Shown here: positions 8,729 to 19,492 of the stretch, in pieces
How the letters are laid out: each line of letters starts with the position of its first letter
Numbering within the stretch: position 1 is the first letter of the stretch
Source: Candidatus Latescibacterota bacterium
GTDB taxonomy: Bacteria; Latescibacterota; UBA2968
DNA: 64,000 nucleotides
Direction of reading: 5' to 3'
Assembly (NCBI GenBank): GCA_965204745.1
Contig: OZ242010.1
Location: 3,168,001-3,232,000, forward strand
Position numbers and translations under genes: made by a program
The notes under the pieces: model-generated
Told to the model about the DNA's origin: nothing
The model's database searches: none
What the model saw: only the letters and a program-made list of their open reading frames with translations

Positions 8729-10279
8729 ATGGGCGAGGACATCGGTCACGAATGCGGGGTGGCGGCCCTGTGCTGGCTCGGGCCAAACCGCGAGGCGGAT
8801 GCCGGGGGTTTTGAAAACGTGGCGGCGCTCATGCCCGGCATGTTGCTCGACCTGCAAAACAGGGGGCAACTCGCCGCGGGCTATTGCGCGTACCACCCCG
8901 GCCGCGATCACATCTTGCACACGTTCAAAGACCTGGGCACGGTCAGCGAAGCCTTTCGCATGTCGCATCCCGGCAAACACCAATCCATCCTCGACGAGTA
9001 CGCCGGGACCGCGGCTATCGGGCATACGCGCTATGCCACGAGCGGCGAAGACGACGCGCGCTACGCCCAACCCTTTGAGCGGCAACACGGCCGGATCTGG
9101 AAGTGGTTCAGCCTGGCCTTCAATGGCAACCTCGCCAACTACACGCAGTTGCGCGAACGCCTGTTGTCCAAGCGCGGGTATCACTTCACCCTCAACACGG
9201 ATACCGAAATCATCATGCACACCCTGGCCTATCGGTTGCGCGGGGAGCATCCCCCGGACTTGGCCGCTGTGATGCGCTCGATTTCTCGGGATTTTGATGG
9301 CGCGTACAACATCGCATATCTCGACGCGCTCGGTCGCATGTTCGTCTCGCGCGATCCCTTGGGCATCCATCCCATGTGCTGGGGCGTCAAGGGCAGGCTC
9401 TTTGCCGCGGCCAATGAATCGACCGCGCTCGCCAACTTGGGCTTCGGCGACATCAACTGGCTCGAACCCGGGGAAATGGTGATCGTGGAAAATGGCCGGC
9501 ACCGCGTTGCGCGGTACACAGAGGCGAAGAAGAAATCCCGCTGTTTTTTTGAATGGGTCTATTTTTCTAATGTCGCCAGTGAAATCGACGGCCTCGGCGT
9601 GTATGCCTCGCGCGCTGCGGCCGGGCGCATCTTGGCGGAAAAGGAGACGCAGAAAATCGACGAGCGATGCGTGGTCGTCCCGGTGCCAGACACGGCCAAA
9701 GCCGCCGCCGATGCGTATGCCCACCACTTGAACATGCCCTGCATGGAAGGCGTGATCCGCAACCGGTACGTGGGGCGCACCTTCATCCAGCCCAAAACCA
9801 CGCGCACGCAAAGCGCGAAAAACAAGTACACGCCCTTGGCTTCTGTCTTGTCCGGCAAGCGCGTTTTCCTCGTGGAAGATTCCATCGTGCGCTCCCTCAC
9901 GCTTCGCACCCTAGCGCATCAAGTGCGCGATATCGGCGGCGCGGCTGAAGTGCATGTGCGCGTGGCCTGTCCGCCCATCGTGGCGCCGTGTTTTTACGGA
10001 ATCGACATGACGACCCTGCGCGAACTCTTCGCCCCCGAACACATGCCCGCGCGATACCGCGGCGTACCCAGCGAACAGACCGAAAAAAAAATGGCTATCG
10101 AACTCGATGTCGATAGCCTAAAGTACCTCGCCGTGCCCGACCTGGGCAACAGCATTGGGTGCGAAACAACCACCCTGTGTACGGGATGCGTCACGGGCAA
10201 ATACCCCACCCCTTGGGGCAATCGCCTCATGCGTGCGGCCCGCCAAAACCCCGAAACCGTTGGCCGCCTCTACGGCTGA
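8729..10279 (+). CDS. purF: Amidophosphoribosyltransferase
   Basis: Propeptide followed by ECGV (Ntn Cys), GHTRYATSG, CFFEWVYF, VPVPD, VEDSIVR, PCFYGID, CTGC Fe-S ligands. Confidence 0.95.
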   Translation: MGEDIGHECGVAALCWLGPNREADAGGFENVAALMPGMLLDLQNRGQLAAGYCAYHPGRDHILHTFKDLGTVSEAFRMSHPGKHQSILDEYAGTAAIGHTRYATSGEDDARYAQPFERQHGRIWKWFSLAFNGNLANYTQLRERLLSKRGYHFTLNTDTEIIMHTLAYRLRGEHPPDLAAVMRSISRDFDGAYNIAYLDALGRMFVSRDPLGIHPMCWGVKGRLFAAANESTALANLGFGDINWLEPGEMVIVENGRHRVARYTEAKKKSRCFFEWVYFSNVASEIDGLGVYASRAAAGRILAEKETQKIDERCVVVPVPDTAKAAADAYAHHLNMPCMEGVIRNRYVGRTFIQPKTTRTQSAKNKYTPLASVLSGKRVFLVEDSIVRSLTLRTLAHQVRDIGGAAEVHVRVACPPIVAPCFYGIDMTTLRELFAPEHMPARYRGVPSEQTEKKMAIELDVDSLKYLAVPDLGNSIGCETTTLCTGCVTGKYPTPWGNRLMRAARQNPETVGRLYG

Positions 10280-12441
10280 TCCCCGCCGTTGCCAAACCGC
10301 GCCTCAAGGGCGCGCAAGCCTTCCTCATTTCCCAAAATCGTCAACCGATCCCCTGCTTGCAACGCGGTATCCCCAGTCGGCACCACCACGCGCCCTTCGC
10401 GGCGCAGCATCGCCACGAGGCATCCCTTTGGAAAACCCGTCTCGCGCAATGCGCGCCCAATCAGGGTAGCGGTTGCGCGGTTGGGTTGCAAGGTCAACAA
10501 CAAAAAATCCTCATCGCGCAACAGGGTTTCTCTTAATTCCAATTCATTTGTGGCCTTCAAAAAGCGAACAAATGTATCCAGATCGCGGGGCAGTACAATT
10601 TCTTTTAGTTCAAATTCATCGGTGGCAGCCTGCCAGTCGCGCAGAAAATTTTCATCGTCTGCGCGCCGCGCAATTTGCGCCAAAATCCGCAAATGCCGCG
10701 AGGGGTCGCCTTCTGGACTGAACAAAAAGAAGATCGCGGTCAACTGCGCTTCCACTTCGTGCCCAGTCAATGGATCGGAAAACTGGATGTGAATGCCCGG
10801 CAGGGATCGCACCAACACCATTTCGCAGTGGTCGATCCCATCGATTCTCAAGTGGGGCAAGCCCACGCCGTGCGTCACGGGCGTCGAGCCGATATGCGTG
10901 CGCGCCAGCAGTTGCGTTTCGATTTCCTCTGCGGTATGCGGCACGCGCGCCGATAGCCATTCCGAGACCTGCCGCACCACATCCTCAAATTCCGAGGGGC
11001 GGTCCAGGTCGATAACCAGACTGCGCGCGACGATCTCATCAAAAGGATCTTCATCGCGCAAGCCCTTTTCCTTCAAAATGCCCCGCAACTCGACATCTAA
11101 GCCGCGGTCCCGCCTTTGCCCCCAGCGTTCGAACATGTGATAAATCGCGCCATCCCGCTTGACCTTGCCGCGGGCGAATTTGAAGTACCACAGCGAGCCC
11201 AGCGCGATCAGCCCGGCGGAAAACAGGGATGGCAACCAGCCCATTTCCACGATCAGCGCGCAGGAAGCCACCACGCCGAACAACTGCATCCACGGGTACA
11301 GGGGCGAACGATACCCAGAATCGTAGGACGCCAACCCGCTTTCGCGCATGACGATCACGGCCAGACACACCAGCGTGAACATCAACAGTTGAAACGCGCT
11401 CGCCAGCTTGGCAATTTTGGTGGGATCGAGAAAAACCAGGATCAAAACTATCGCGCCCATCGTCGCCAACACGCCGTAAACCGGAGATGCCTTGGCATTC
11501 AAATGCTGAAAAAATCCCGGAATCATGTGGTCGCGGCTCATCGCCAGCGGATAGCGAGACGCCGACAACATCCCTGCATTGGCAACCGACGTAAAGGCCA
11601 GCAGTGCGGCCACGGAGATGATCGCCTCGCCCCAGTTGCCCAACGCGGCTTTGGCGGCCGTCGCCGCGGGCGTCAAATCGCCCTTGAGTTGCTCGAGCGG
11701 CAAAACCCCGACCATCACGCCCGTGCCCAACGCATAGACCAGCACCGCAGTGATCAGGGAAAAAATCACGCCCAACGGCAGATTGCGCTCTGGCTGTTTG
11801 ACTTCTTCGGACAAACTCGCAACCTTCGTCACGCCCACATAACTGATATAGACCAGCCCCGCGGTGGATAAAATGGTCTCGCCATCCACCGCGAACATCG
11901 CGGTCAACCGCGCCATCTCGACATTTGGCAGGCCCGTGCCGATAAAGCCGATCAAAATGACCAACAAGCCCAGCACCAACCCCATCTGAAAGCCGCCGCT
12001 TTTCTCCGCGCCCAACAAATTCAACGCCCCCAGTGCGATTGCAATGACCACCGCCACAGGGATTATGGGCAACTCGGGCACGTAAAGCGCGATGTACGCC
12101 CCCATGCCCACGAGCGCGAACGAGACTTTTAAGATCAGCGCCAACCAAGTGCCAACGCCCCCCAGCGTCCCCATCCAAGGCCCCATGGATCGATCTAAAA
12201 AGTAATACACCCCACCCGCGCGCGGCATGGCCGTTGCCAATTCGATAATGCTAAACATCGCCGGCACGAGCGGAATGGCGGCCACGATGTATGCCAACAC
12301 GATGGCGCCCCCGGCCTGTTGGGCAGCCAACCCCGGCAATAAAAAGAACCCCGCGCTCAAGGTCGCGCCCGTTGCGATGGCATAAACCCCGAGCAAGCCG
12401 ATTTCGCGTTTGAGTTTTGCTTGGGTCATTTTTTCAGCCAC
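10270..12441 (-). CDS. APC-family amino acid permease fused to PTS EIIA-like and TrkA-C (RCK-C) domains
   Basis: Many TM helices, AGGVY, SEEVKQPERNLP; GVGLPH EIIA phospho-His motif; C-terminal VVPTGDTALQAGDRLTILG. Confidence 0.88.
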   Translation of the reverse strand: MAEKMTQAKLKREIGLLGVYAIATGATLSAGFFLLPGLAAQQAGGAIVLAYIVAAIPLVPAMFSIIELATAMPRAGGVYYFLDRSMGPWMGTLGGVGTWLALILKVSFALVGMGAYIALYVPELPIIPVAVVIAIALGALNLLGAEKSGGFQMGLVLGLLVILIGFIGTGLPNVEMARLTAMFAVDGETILSTAGLVYISYVGVTKVASLSEEVKQPERNLPLGVIFSLITAVLVYALGTGVMVGVLPLEQLKGDLTPAATAAKAALGNWGEAIISVAALLAFTSVANAGMLSASRYPLAMSRDHMIPGFFQHLNAKASPVYGVLATMGAIVLILVFLDPTKIAKLASAFQLLMFTLVCLAVIVMRESGLASYDSGYRSPLYPWMQLFGVVASCALIVEMGWLPSLFSAGLIALGSLWYFKFARGKVKRDGAIYHMFERWGQRRDRGLDVELRGILKEKGLRDEDPFDEIVARSLVIDLDRPSEFEDVVRQVSEWLSARVPHTAEEIETQLLARTHIGSTPVTHGVGLPHLRIDGIDHCEMVLVRSLPGIHIQFSDPLTGHEVEAQLTAIFFLFSPEGDPSRHLRILAQIARRADDENFLRDWQAATDEFELKEIVLPRDLDTFVRFLKATNELELRETLLRDEDFLLLTLQPNRATATLIGRALRETGFPKGCLVAMLRREGRVVVPTGDTALQAGDRLTILGNEEGLRALEARFGNGGDQP

Positions 12442-12638
12442 TGGATGCTCCTCCCTTAGAAATTGATCTGATATTGACCTATATACTTGGGCCTCTACTT
12501 CGGACAGACACAGGGGCCTGTCTCTACGATGAACCGCTATCGCAGTTGTCGTCTATTACTCGCTACGCTGCGTTGTAAGGCTACGCCTGTGCTTGCGCGC
12601 GTGTCGGAGTGGCGAATGGCGGTAGGGCGGAGGCGGGG

Positions 12639-12672
12639 ACTGACAACTGACAACTGACCGCTGACAACTGCC
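12639..12672. repeat. (CTGACAA)n heptamer repeat
   Basis: About 4 imperfect copies after gcgggga. Confidence 0.85.
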
Positions 12673-12729
12673 TTCCCATCCGCGTTCTTATGTGGTCGCT
12701 TTTCGCTTTTGGGGCCGAACGCGGACTGC

Positions 12730-13689
12730 CTACGCCAATTCAACATCGTTCTTGCCGCGGTTTTTCACGCGATAGAGGGCTTCGTCCGCTTTTCGAAATG
12801 CGTGTTCCGCAGATTCGGGCACGCCGTAGTAAACGCCGATAGATATCGTGCCTTCTGTGCGCTCGGCGATGGCGCGGTTTAACCGGCGGGCAATGGCCAG
12901 GGCGCGTTCTCTCGACGCATTTTCAATCGCGGCGACAAATTCATCGCCCGCCCACCGCGACAACAGGTCTGATCCGCGTAGCATGTCATCGAGCACCTGC
13001 GCCAAAGCCACGATGTACCGGTCGCCCGCGTCGTGCCCTTTGGCGTCGTTAATCGCCTTGAGCGAATCGGAATCCATGTAAAAGAGCGCCAGCGGGCGGC
13101 CATTGCGGATCGACCTTTGCACCATCCGCACAAACACGGCTTCAAACCCGCGCCGATTGTGAAGGCCCGTCAAAAAATCCGTGCGCGATTCCACCGTCAT
13201 CTTTTGCACCAGCGCGGCGTTAATCCGTGCGATCTCTCGAAAAAAGTTCCGCGCAATATCCGCCAGATGCGACTCATCTTCCGACAACCAGACCACGCAC
13301 TCGCCCCCTTTCGCCCGAGCGACCACGCGCTGTGCCGTTGCAAAGATGATCGCGGACATCTGCGGATGCAGGCCGTATTCCTCGCCCGGCGTTTTGACGC
13401 CGCCGCAAGAGACGCAAACCCCGGTTTGGTCCGCAATCACAGCGGGCAGAGATGGGGATATCTCGCACGCGGCATCAAAATCAAAAAGCGCGGCGAATGT
13501 GCCATCCCCAAGGCAAAAGCCCTCGTGGCGAGGGATAAAATCGGCGATCAACTCGAGCGCGTGCTGATCGACGCCAAAAATCAGCAAGGCCCCAAACCGC
13601 CCTCGATACAACATATCCTTGAGCGCGTGCATCAAATTGGAAGCCCGCCCAACAGCGCGGGCGGGCCGGTTGACAAATGTGGCGTCCAT
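12730..13689 (-). CDS. GGDEF-family diguanylate cyclase (AGDEF variant)
   Basis: TDFLTGLHNRR, DSDSLKAINDAKGHDAGD, RGSD I-site, RWAGDEF, ADEALY..K..GKN. Confidence 0.85.
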   Translation of the reverse strand: MDATFVNRPARAVGRASNLMHALKDMLYRGRFGALLIFGVDQHALELIADFIPRHEGFCLGDGTFAALFDFDAACEISPSLPAVIADQTGVCVSCGGVKTPGEEYGLHPQMSAIIFATAQRVVARAKGGECVVWLSEDESHLADIARNFFREIARINAALVQKMTVESRTDFLTGLHNRRGFEAVFVRMVQRSIRNGRPLALFYMDSDSLKAINDAKGHDAGDRYIVALAQVLDDMLRGSDLLSRWAGDEFVAAIENASRERALAIARRLNRAIAERTEGTISIGVYYGVPESAEHAFRKADEALYRVKNRGKNDVELA

Positions 13690-13693
13690 GGGG

Positions 13694-14182
13694 TCAACCC
13701 CGGAAGTTGACGACAATTTGATCGCGATATTGATCCAGCACGCGATAGCGCACCCCCGCGCTGTCAAACATGCGGCAAGTGGCTTTTACGGAATCGGAAG
13801 TCGGATGCTTCTTCGCCAGATAAATCACCTCGCGAATGCCCGACTGAATAATCACTTTGGCGCATTCATTGCACGGAAACAAGGTGACGTAAATGGTGCA
13901 TTCGTGCAAATCCGCGCTGATCTTGTTCAAAACCGCATTCAACTCTGCATGGCAGATGTAGGGATGTTTGGTATCGAGAAAATCGCCTTCTTTGCCCCAG
14001 GGAAATTCATCGTCCGAGCACCCGAGAGGCAAGCCGTTGTAGCCGATGCCCACAATTTTCTTTTGGAGATTGATAATACACGCCCCCACCTGTGTACTGG
14101 GGTCTTTGCTTCGGTGTGCCGACAGGATCGCCACGCCCATAAAATACTCATCCCACGATAAATAATCCGTGCGTTTTTGCAT
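13694..14182 (-). CDS. dCMP deaminase family protein
   Basis: WDEYFM, RSKDPSTQVGA, CHAELNA, FPCNEC zinc motifs. Confidence 0.93.
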   Translation of the reverse strand: MQKRTDYLSWDEYFMGVAILSAHRSKDPSTQVGACIINLQKKIVGIGYNGLPLGCSDDEFPWGKEGDFLDTKHPYICHAELNAVLNKISADLHECTIYVTLFPCNECAKVIIQSGIREVIYLAKKHPTSDSVKATCRMFDSAGVRYRVLDQYRDQIVVNFRG

Positions 14183-14194
14183 GGTGTCCTCCTG

Positions 14195-15187
14195 TTATGC
14201 CAAGCGATCCATCATCTCCCGCGTGACGCGATACACCTGATCCTCGCCCGCGAAAAATCGGCGGAACTCCTCGACCTTTTGCGCGCCGATGCGATGGGAG
14301 CGAAGCCCTGCACAATGCGGCGTCAAAATCACGTTGGGCAAGTGCCGAAGCGGGCTGTCCATCGCGGGCGGTTCGGGATCGGTCACGTCCAAAAAGGCGG
14401 CGAACCGCCCTTTTTTCAATTCTGCAATCAGCGCGGCCTCGTCGATATTCGCGCCGCGGGACGTGTTGATAAACACGCAATCGTCTCGCATCAGCTCGAA
14501 ATGCGTCTCATTCCACAAGTGGTACGTGGCATCCAATTTGGGCGCGTGAATGGTCACGACCTCGGCCTCGCGTGCAATGGTCTCCAAATCCGCCTTCTCA
14601 GCGCGATATGCCTGCCGCGCTTGGTCTCGCGTCACGTAGGGGTCGTAGAGCAAAATGCGTGCGTCATAAGGCCGCAACAACCGCATCACGCGCTGCCCGA
14701 CATGGCTGGCGCTGATAACGCCCACAACGCGCCGAAACAGGGTGCGGGCCGCGTCTTTGTTCGGCTTGCGCGCGCCTTCCCGCATGGCGCGTGAGAAAGG
14801 CGAGATGTGCCGCAACCCCATCGTCATGAAGGCCATCGTCATTTCGGCCACATCATCGGCAATTGAGGGCGCGGCACTCGTCACCACAATGTCTTTCTCC
14901 CACGCTTCATCGCAGATCTTTCCCTTCGGAGAACCCGCGCCATACGCCCATATTTTTAAGGTGGGCACGCCCTCCAAAATCGCGGGCGTCAACTCGCCGG
15001 AGTTCCAACTCGTCAGCGCGCCGTCCATCCCCTCGAGAAATGCCGCTGCCTCTGCATCCACGAGATCGCGGTCTTCCCCATTGATCGCCACATCCGCAAA
15101 ACTTTTCAACCGCGCCAGATCCGCATCGCTCAAAATCATTTCCCTGAGCGATTTCCGAATGACGATGCCTACTTTTGGTTTGTCCAT
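14195..15187 (-). CDS. D-2-hydroxyacid dehydrogenase family protein
   Basis: YDPY, IHAP, FINTSRG, LDVTDPEP, TPHCAG. Confidence 0.9.
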   Translation of the reverse strand: MDKPKVGIVIRKSLREMILSDADLARLKSFADVAINGEDRDLVDAEAAAFLEGMDGALTSWNSGELTPAILEGVPTLKIWAYGAGSPKGKICDEAWEKDIVVTSAAPSIADDVAEMTMAFMTMGLRHISPFSRAMREGARKPNKDAARTLFRRVVGVISASHVGQRVMRLLRPYDARILLYDPYVTRDQARQAYRAEKADLETIAREAEVVTIHAPKLDATYHLWNETHFELMRDDCVFINTSRGANIDEAALIAELKKGRFAAFLDVTDPEPPAMDSPLRHLPNVILTPHCAGLRSHRIGAQKVEEFRRFFAGEDQVYRVTREMMDRLA

Positions 15188-15220
15188 TGTGATGCTCCTG
15201 TGTGTTCGTCCCCGCCCAGC

Positions 15221-16186
15221 TCAACCGCTGTATTGCGGATTCACCAAATGCACCGGGGATTCGCCGGTTAGGACGCGGCGCGCTTCCCAGGCGGCTTTTT
15301 TCTGCAATTCGATGAGCGATTCCCGCGAATAAAAAGCCGCGTGCGGGCTGTGGATGACCCCGTCCATTTGAATTAGGGAATCGCCCGGTTTGGGGGGTTC
15401 GTCGCAACGCACATCCAGGGCCGCGCCCGCGAGGGTCTCATTCCGCAATGCTGTGAGCAACGCCTCCTCATCGACAATATCGCCCCGCGCGGTGTTGATC
15501 AAACACGCGGTCGGTTTCATCTTTGCCAGCGCGGCGGCATCGATCATCCCCCTGGTCTCGGGCGTCGAAGGGCAGTGGAGCGAAACGAAATCAGCAGTGC
15601 GAAGCAGGGCGTCCAAATCCACGGATTCAACGCCACAGGCGCGCGCTTGTTCGGGGGTCAAAGACCGCGAATGGGCTATCACTTGTAGCCCAAATGCTCG
15701 CGCACGCGGCACCACCTGACGCGCAATTTGCCCAAAGCCGATCAAGCCGAGCACCTGCCCGGTCAACCGCCGCAGAGGCAGGCCGGCTTGAATATCCCAT
15801 GTGCCCCCGCGAATCAGCCGATCAAATTGTGCGACCTTGTGAGACAACCCCAAGAGCAACGCCATGGTTTGCTCGGCCACATCGACAAAACAATAGTCCG
15901 GCACACGGGCAACGGGAATGCCCTGCTCGGTCGCATACGCCACGTCGATATTGTCCAAGCCCACGCCGTAGCGCACGATCACCTTCAAGTCGGGTAGCGC
16001 GGACGCGATCACCCGCCGCGTTGTTCGCGCCCAGCACGTCAGGATGCCGCAACATCCCGCGCCCAGGCGGACGAGCGTTTCTTCGTCGTCATCCGGCGCG
16101 GGAATGAGTTCCGCGCCAATGTCATTCAAGACGCTCTTTTCCACATCCAAATTGGGCCAAGCGTAATCCGTCACCAAAATTTTCAC
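15221..16186 (-). CDS. D-2-hydroxyacid dehydrogenase (CtBP/SerA-like)
   Basis: RYGVGLDNID, VPDYC, GFGQIA, INTARG, SPHAAFYS. Confidence 0.9.
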   Translation of the reverse strand: MKILVTDYAWPNLDVEKSVLNDIGAELIPAPDDDEETLVRLGAGCCGILTCWARTTRRVIASALPDLKVIVRYGVGLDNIDVAYATEQGIPVARVPDYCFVDVAEQTMALLLGLSHKVAQFDRLIRGGTWDIQAGLPLRRLTGQVLGLIGFGQIARQVVPRARAFGLQVIAHSRSLTPEQARACGVESVDLDALLRTADFVSLHCPSTPETRGMIDAAALAKMKPTACLINTARGDIVDEEALLTALRNETLAGAALDVRCDEPPKPGDSLIQMDGVIHSPHAAFYSRESLIELQKKAAWEARRVLTGESPVHLVNPQYSG

Positions 16187-17535
16187 GCCATCTCTCCTTC
16201 ACACCCGCAAAACCGCGTGACGATATCGTACAAAACGCGCGTGGCAAACGCGAGATTTTCAACGGATACGCGCTCGTCATGCCCATGGATCAAGTTCATC
16301 TCCTCCTCGCCCGGCGCTTGGCGATGGGGCATGAACCCGTACACCTGCACATCGGGCCGGCGCGGGCAAATGTGCTTGGCATCCGTGCCCCCGGTCATCA
16401 GCGCGGGCAACACGACCGCCTCCGGATCGCGTTCTGCCATCACTTGAACAATGGCCCGATACAAGGGCGAATTTGTGCTCGCCTCTAACGGCGGGCTGTA
16501 TTGATCCACAATCAGGTCGATCTCATCGCCGACGTGAGATCGGATTTCCGCTTCAAAACTCTTATCGGTTTGCCCGGGCGCGAGGCGGCCATCGATCCAC
16601 GCGGTCGCCTCGGCGGGTATGACATTGATCGCCCGTCCCGCCGCCAAGACCGTTGGCGAAACCGTGTTGTGCAACAGGGCGCGCAATGACGCGATCAGAT
16701 CCGGCGCGAGGGGCAAGTTTTGCAATGCCTCCGCGCTACCATCGAGCACGTCGCGCAACTGTTGTGCGATCTCGGCATCTTGCGTCTCGGCAATGCCCGC
16801 CAAAAATGCGCGCAGGGTTTTCGACGGGTGCATCGCCCATTTCGCGCTTCCCAGCGCGTCGAGTGCCCGACTGAGTTTGATCACCGCATTGTCATCGTGC
16901 GGCCGCGAGCCGTGCCCCGGTTGCCCCTTTGCGATGAGCCGAAACCGAAAAATGCCCTTTTGCCCGGTTTGACACGTATAAAAGCGGTTGCCATTCACCT
17001 CAAAATCGCCGCCACCGCCCTCGGTCAGCACGTACTTTGCATCCACCTGATCTGGATGGTGATCGATGAGCCAGCCAATGCCGTGGTTGCCGCGCCCTGC
17101 CTCTTCGTCTGCGGTTGCCGCGTAAATCACATCCCGGTTCAGGCGCACGCCCTGCCGTTTCAACAGCAAAAACACCATCAACTCTGCGGCCACCATATTC
17201 TTCATATCCAGCGCACCGCGCCCCCAGACATAGCCCCGGTGCAAATCCCCGCCAAAGGGATCGCGTGACCACTTGTCCGACTCTGCGGCCACGACATCCG
17301 TATGCCCGAGCAACATCAGCGCGGGCGCGCCTCCTCCTTTTAAGCGGGCCGTCACATTCCCGCGCGTGGGTTCGGATTCCGTCACCACCGCGTCAATCCC
17401 CTCGCGCTTCAACACATCGGCAATGTAGTTCGCACACAAAATCTCATTGCCCGGCGGATTGGTCGTATCGCACCGAATCAAATCCCGCAAAAACCCCACA
17501 ACCTCGTGCGTCACGCGATTCCAGTCCATGGTCAT
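16183..17535 (-). CDS. M20/M25/M40 family metallo-hydrolase
   Basis: GHTDVV, GRGALDMK, ADEE, GHGS, GGTDA, HGHDER. Confidence 0.92.
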   Translation of the reverse strand: MTMDWNRVTHEVVGFLRDLIRCDTTNPPGNEILCANYIADVLKREGIDAVVTESEPTRGNVTARLKGGGAPALMLLGHTDVVAAESDKWSRDPFGGDLHRGYVWGRGALDMKNMVAAELMVFLLLKRQGVRLNRDVIYAATADEEAGRGNHGIGWLIDHHPDQVDAKYVLTEGGGGDFEVNGNRFYTCQTGQKGIFRFRLIAKGQPGHGSRPHDDNAVIKLSRALDALGSAKWAMHPSKTLRAFLAGIAETQDAEIAQQLRDVLDGSAEALQNLPLAPDLIASLRALLHNTVSPTVLAAGRAINVIPAEATAWIDGRLAPGQTDKSFEAEIRSHVGDEIDLIVDQYSPPLEASTNSPLYRAIVQVMAERDPEAVVLPALMTGGTDAKHICPRRPDVQVYGFMPHRQAPGEEEMNLIHGHDERVSVENLAFATRVLYDIVTRFCGCEGEMA

Positions 17536-17629
17536 ATTCGCTCCAGTATTTCGACAAAAAAAATCACTGGCTTCTGCCCCCTGCTTTCGTCAGATAAGGC
17601 GTTTGGTCCTTTGATGGCTTCTCGCTATG

Positions 17630-17850
17630 GGACCTATCCCCCGGCCCCTTTCCTACGAGGAAAGGGGAGTAAAGCTCCTTTGATGGCTTCTCGCTCTGGT
17701 TGCTCTGATAGCGTTGACCGAGGGCATAAAGCGATTAGAATCCCTCATCAATCCCCTCACAAAACCGCTCACCGTTCCCCCCTTCCTCAAAGGCACAGGC
17801 GTAGCCTACAACGAAGCGAAGCGAGTAACGGGGCTAGGGGGGTAGGTCCC
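17630..17850. repeat. REP/MITE-like composite palindromic element (copy 2)
   Basis: Bounded by ggacctatcccc...ggggtaggtcc inverted ends; same hairpins and 36-nt module as 2115-2460. Confidence 0.8.
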
Positions 17851-18037
17851 GATAAGGAGCGAGTGTTTCAGTTTCTCAAACCGAGAGCCTATTCTGCGAT
17901 AGAGCTTGATTTTCTCGATAAACCGCTCAAGCCAGTTGCTTTGCTCCTAAATGTCAACAGAACCTACTGATTGCTCAAACGGTTGGGCGTTGGGTTGCCC
18001 TCTCACTTCTTGCCTCTCCCGTCTTGCCTCTCCCGTC

Positions 18038-19372
18038 TCACCTCTCCCCATCATAAACCTCTGTCTGAAACAACTTGTCTTGAAAATCCAAGTACTGCGC
18101 TTTTGTCATCTCTGGCTCGTAAGTTGCGAGCACGGCGTTGGCTTCGGCAGCGCGGTTGGCGAGCAGGTCAATCGCCATGGACGCGAGGGATTTGGCCGGT
18201 TCGACATATCCCATCTCGTGATCGGAAATGCGCCACTCGACACTGTGGCCCGGCCCGGTTGCGCCGGACAGGTAGGGATGGAGTGCGGGCATAAGACAAG
18301 ATACGTCGCCCATATCGGTTGATCCGGTTCTGTGCCCGACCGTACAAAATTCATCCTCGCCCAACGACGCCTTGGCATTGTTTTCAAAAAGCGTCTGCAA
18401 ATTCGCATTGTTCTTCAGCGGCATGTACCCCGGCACGGTCTCGATTTCCACGGTCGCGCCGAGTGCCATCGCGCCTGCGCGCAGCGCGCGGTCGACCTTT
18501 GTATTGGCGTCGAGAATCGCCTTTGCGGTGCGCCCGCGCACATAAGTCTCCATCCGCACTTCAGAGGGAATCACATTGACCAAGTCCCCGCCGTGGGTGA
18601 TGATGGGATGCACGCGAATCGCGTCGCCATCTTGGAAGGTCTCGCGTTGCGCGTTGATCGCGGTCAGGGCGATTTGCGCGGCATTGAGCGCGTTGACGCC
18701 TCGGTGCGGCGCGCCGCCTGCGTGTGATGCCTTGCCCACGAACCGAATCATCTTTGCCACAAAGCCATTGGACGACGCGGAAACCGCGGCCTTGGTCAGA
18801 GAGTCGTCGCTGTGCGTGTGAATCATAACCGCCATATCCACATCGTCGAAATGCCCGTGCGCGATCAATTCGGGCTTGCCACCCAAAAAGCGCAATTTTC
18901 CCTCTTTGACCAGATTCAACCGGTATTCGACCTCCACAAATTCCTCTGCGGGCACGGCAAAAAACACGACCCTGCCCGCGAGATCGCCTGCCACGCGGGC
19001 ATCGACCATGCCCATCATCGCGCCCATCAGCCCCGCGATTTGCGCGTTGTGCCCACACGCATGCGCCGCGCCCGTCTGCGAATTGGCCTGGGGATGATCG
19101 GACACCAAGAGCGAATCGAGTTCGCCGATCAGCGCGACCGTCGGGCCTGGCGCGCCGCCCTCCAAAACGCCCTTCACGCCCGTAATCGCCAACTCGGTCT
19201 CGCGCAACACGCCAAATTCATCCATCGTTTGCGACACCAACTCGGCGGTTTCAAATTCCTTAAACCCCAATTCGGGATTTGCCATAATGCGCTCGCCAAT
19301 GCGACAAATCTGATCGCGCCGCCGATCTATCGCCTCGCAAACGCGCTTCTTGAGTTCGGCTTTTGAAGCCAT
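18038..19372 (-). CDS. M20 amidohydrolase (AbgB/Acy1L2-like)
   Basis: PELGFKEFET, GELD, HACGHN, PAEE, GKASHAG, GSTDMGDVS. Confidence 0.9.
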   Translation of the reverse strand: MASKAELKKRVCEAIDRRRDQICRIGERIMANPELGFKEFETAELVSQTMDEFGVLRETELAITGVKGVLEGGAPGPTVALIGELDSLLVSDHPQANSQTGAAHACGHNAQIAGLMGAMMGMVDARVAGDLAGRVVFFAVPAEEFVEVEYRLNLVKEGKLRFLGGKPELIAHGHFDDVDMAVMIHTHSDDSLTKAAVSASSNGFVAKMIRFVGKASHAGGAPHRGVNALNAAQIALTAINAQRETFQDGDAIRVHPIITHGGDLVNVIPSEVRMETYVRGRTAKAILDANTKVDRALRAGAMALGATVEIETVPGYMPLKNNANLQTLFENNAKASLGEDEFCTVGHRTGSTDMGDVSCLMPALHPYLSGATGPGHSVEWRISDHEMGYVEPAKSLASMAIDLLANRAAEANAVLATYEPEMTKAQYLDFQDKLFQTEVYDGER

Positions 19373-19442
19373 GAGTTCCTCCAAAGGAGCTATCGGCGTT
19401 CAACGACCAACCCCCGCCGCTGAGTGTTGGGGGTTGGGTGGC

Positions 19443-19492
19443 CTGACAACTGACAACTGACAACTGACAACTGACAACTGACTACTGACTAC
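19443..19492. repeat. (CTGACAA/CTGACTA)n heptamer repeat
   Basis: About 7 copies abutting the mraY-like stop codon. Confidence 0.9.
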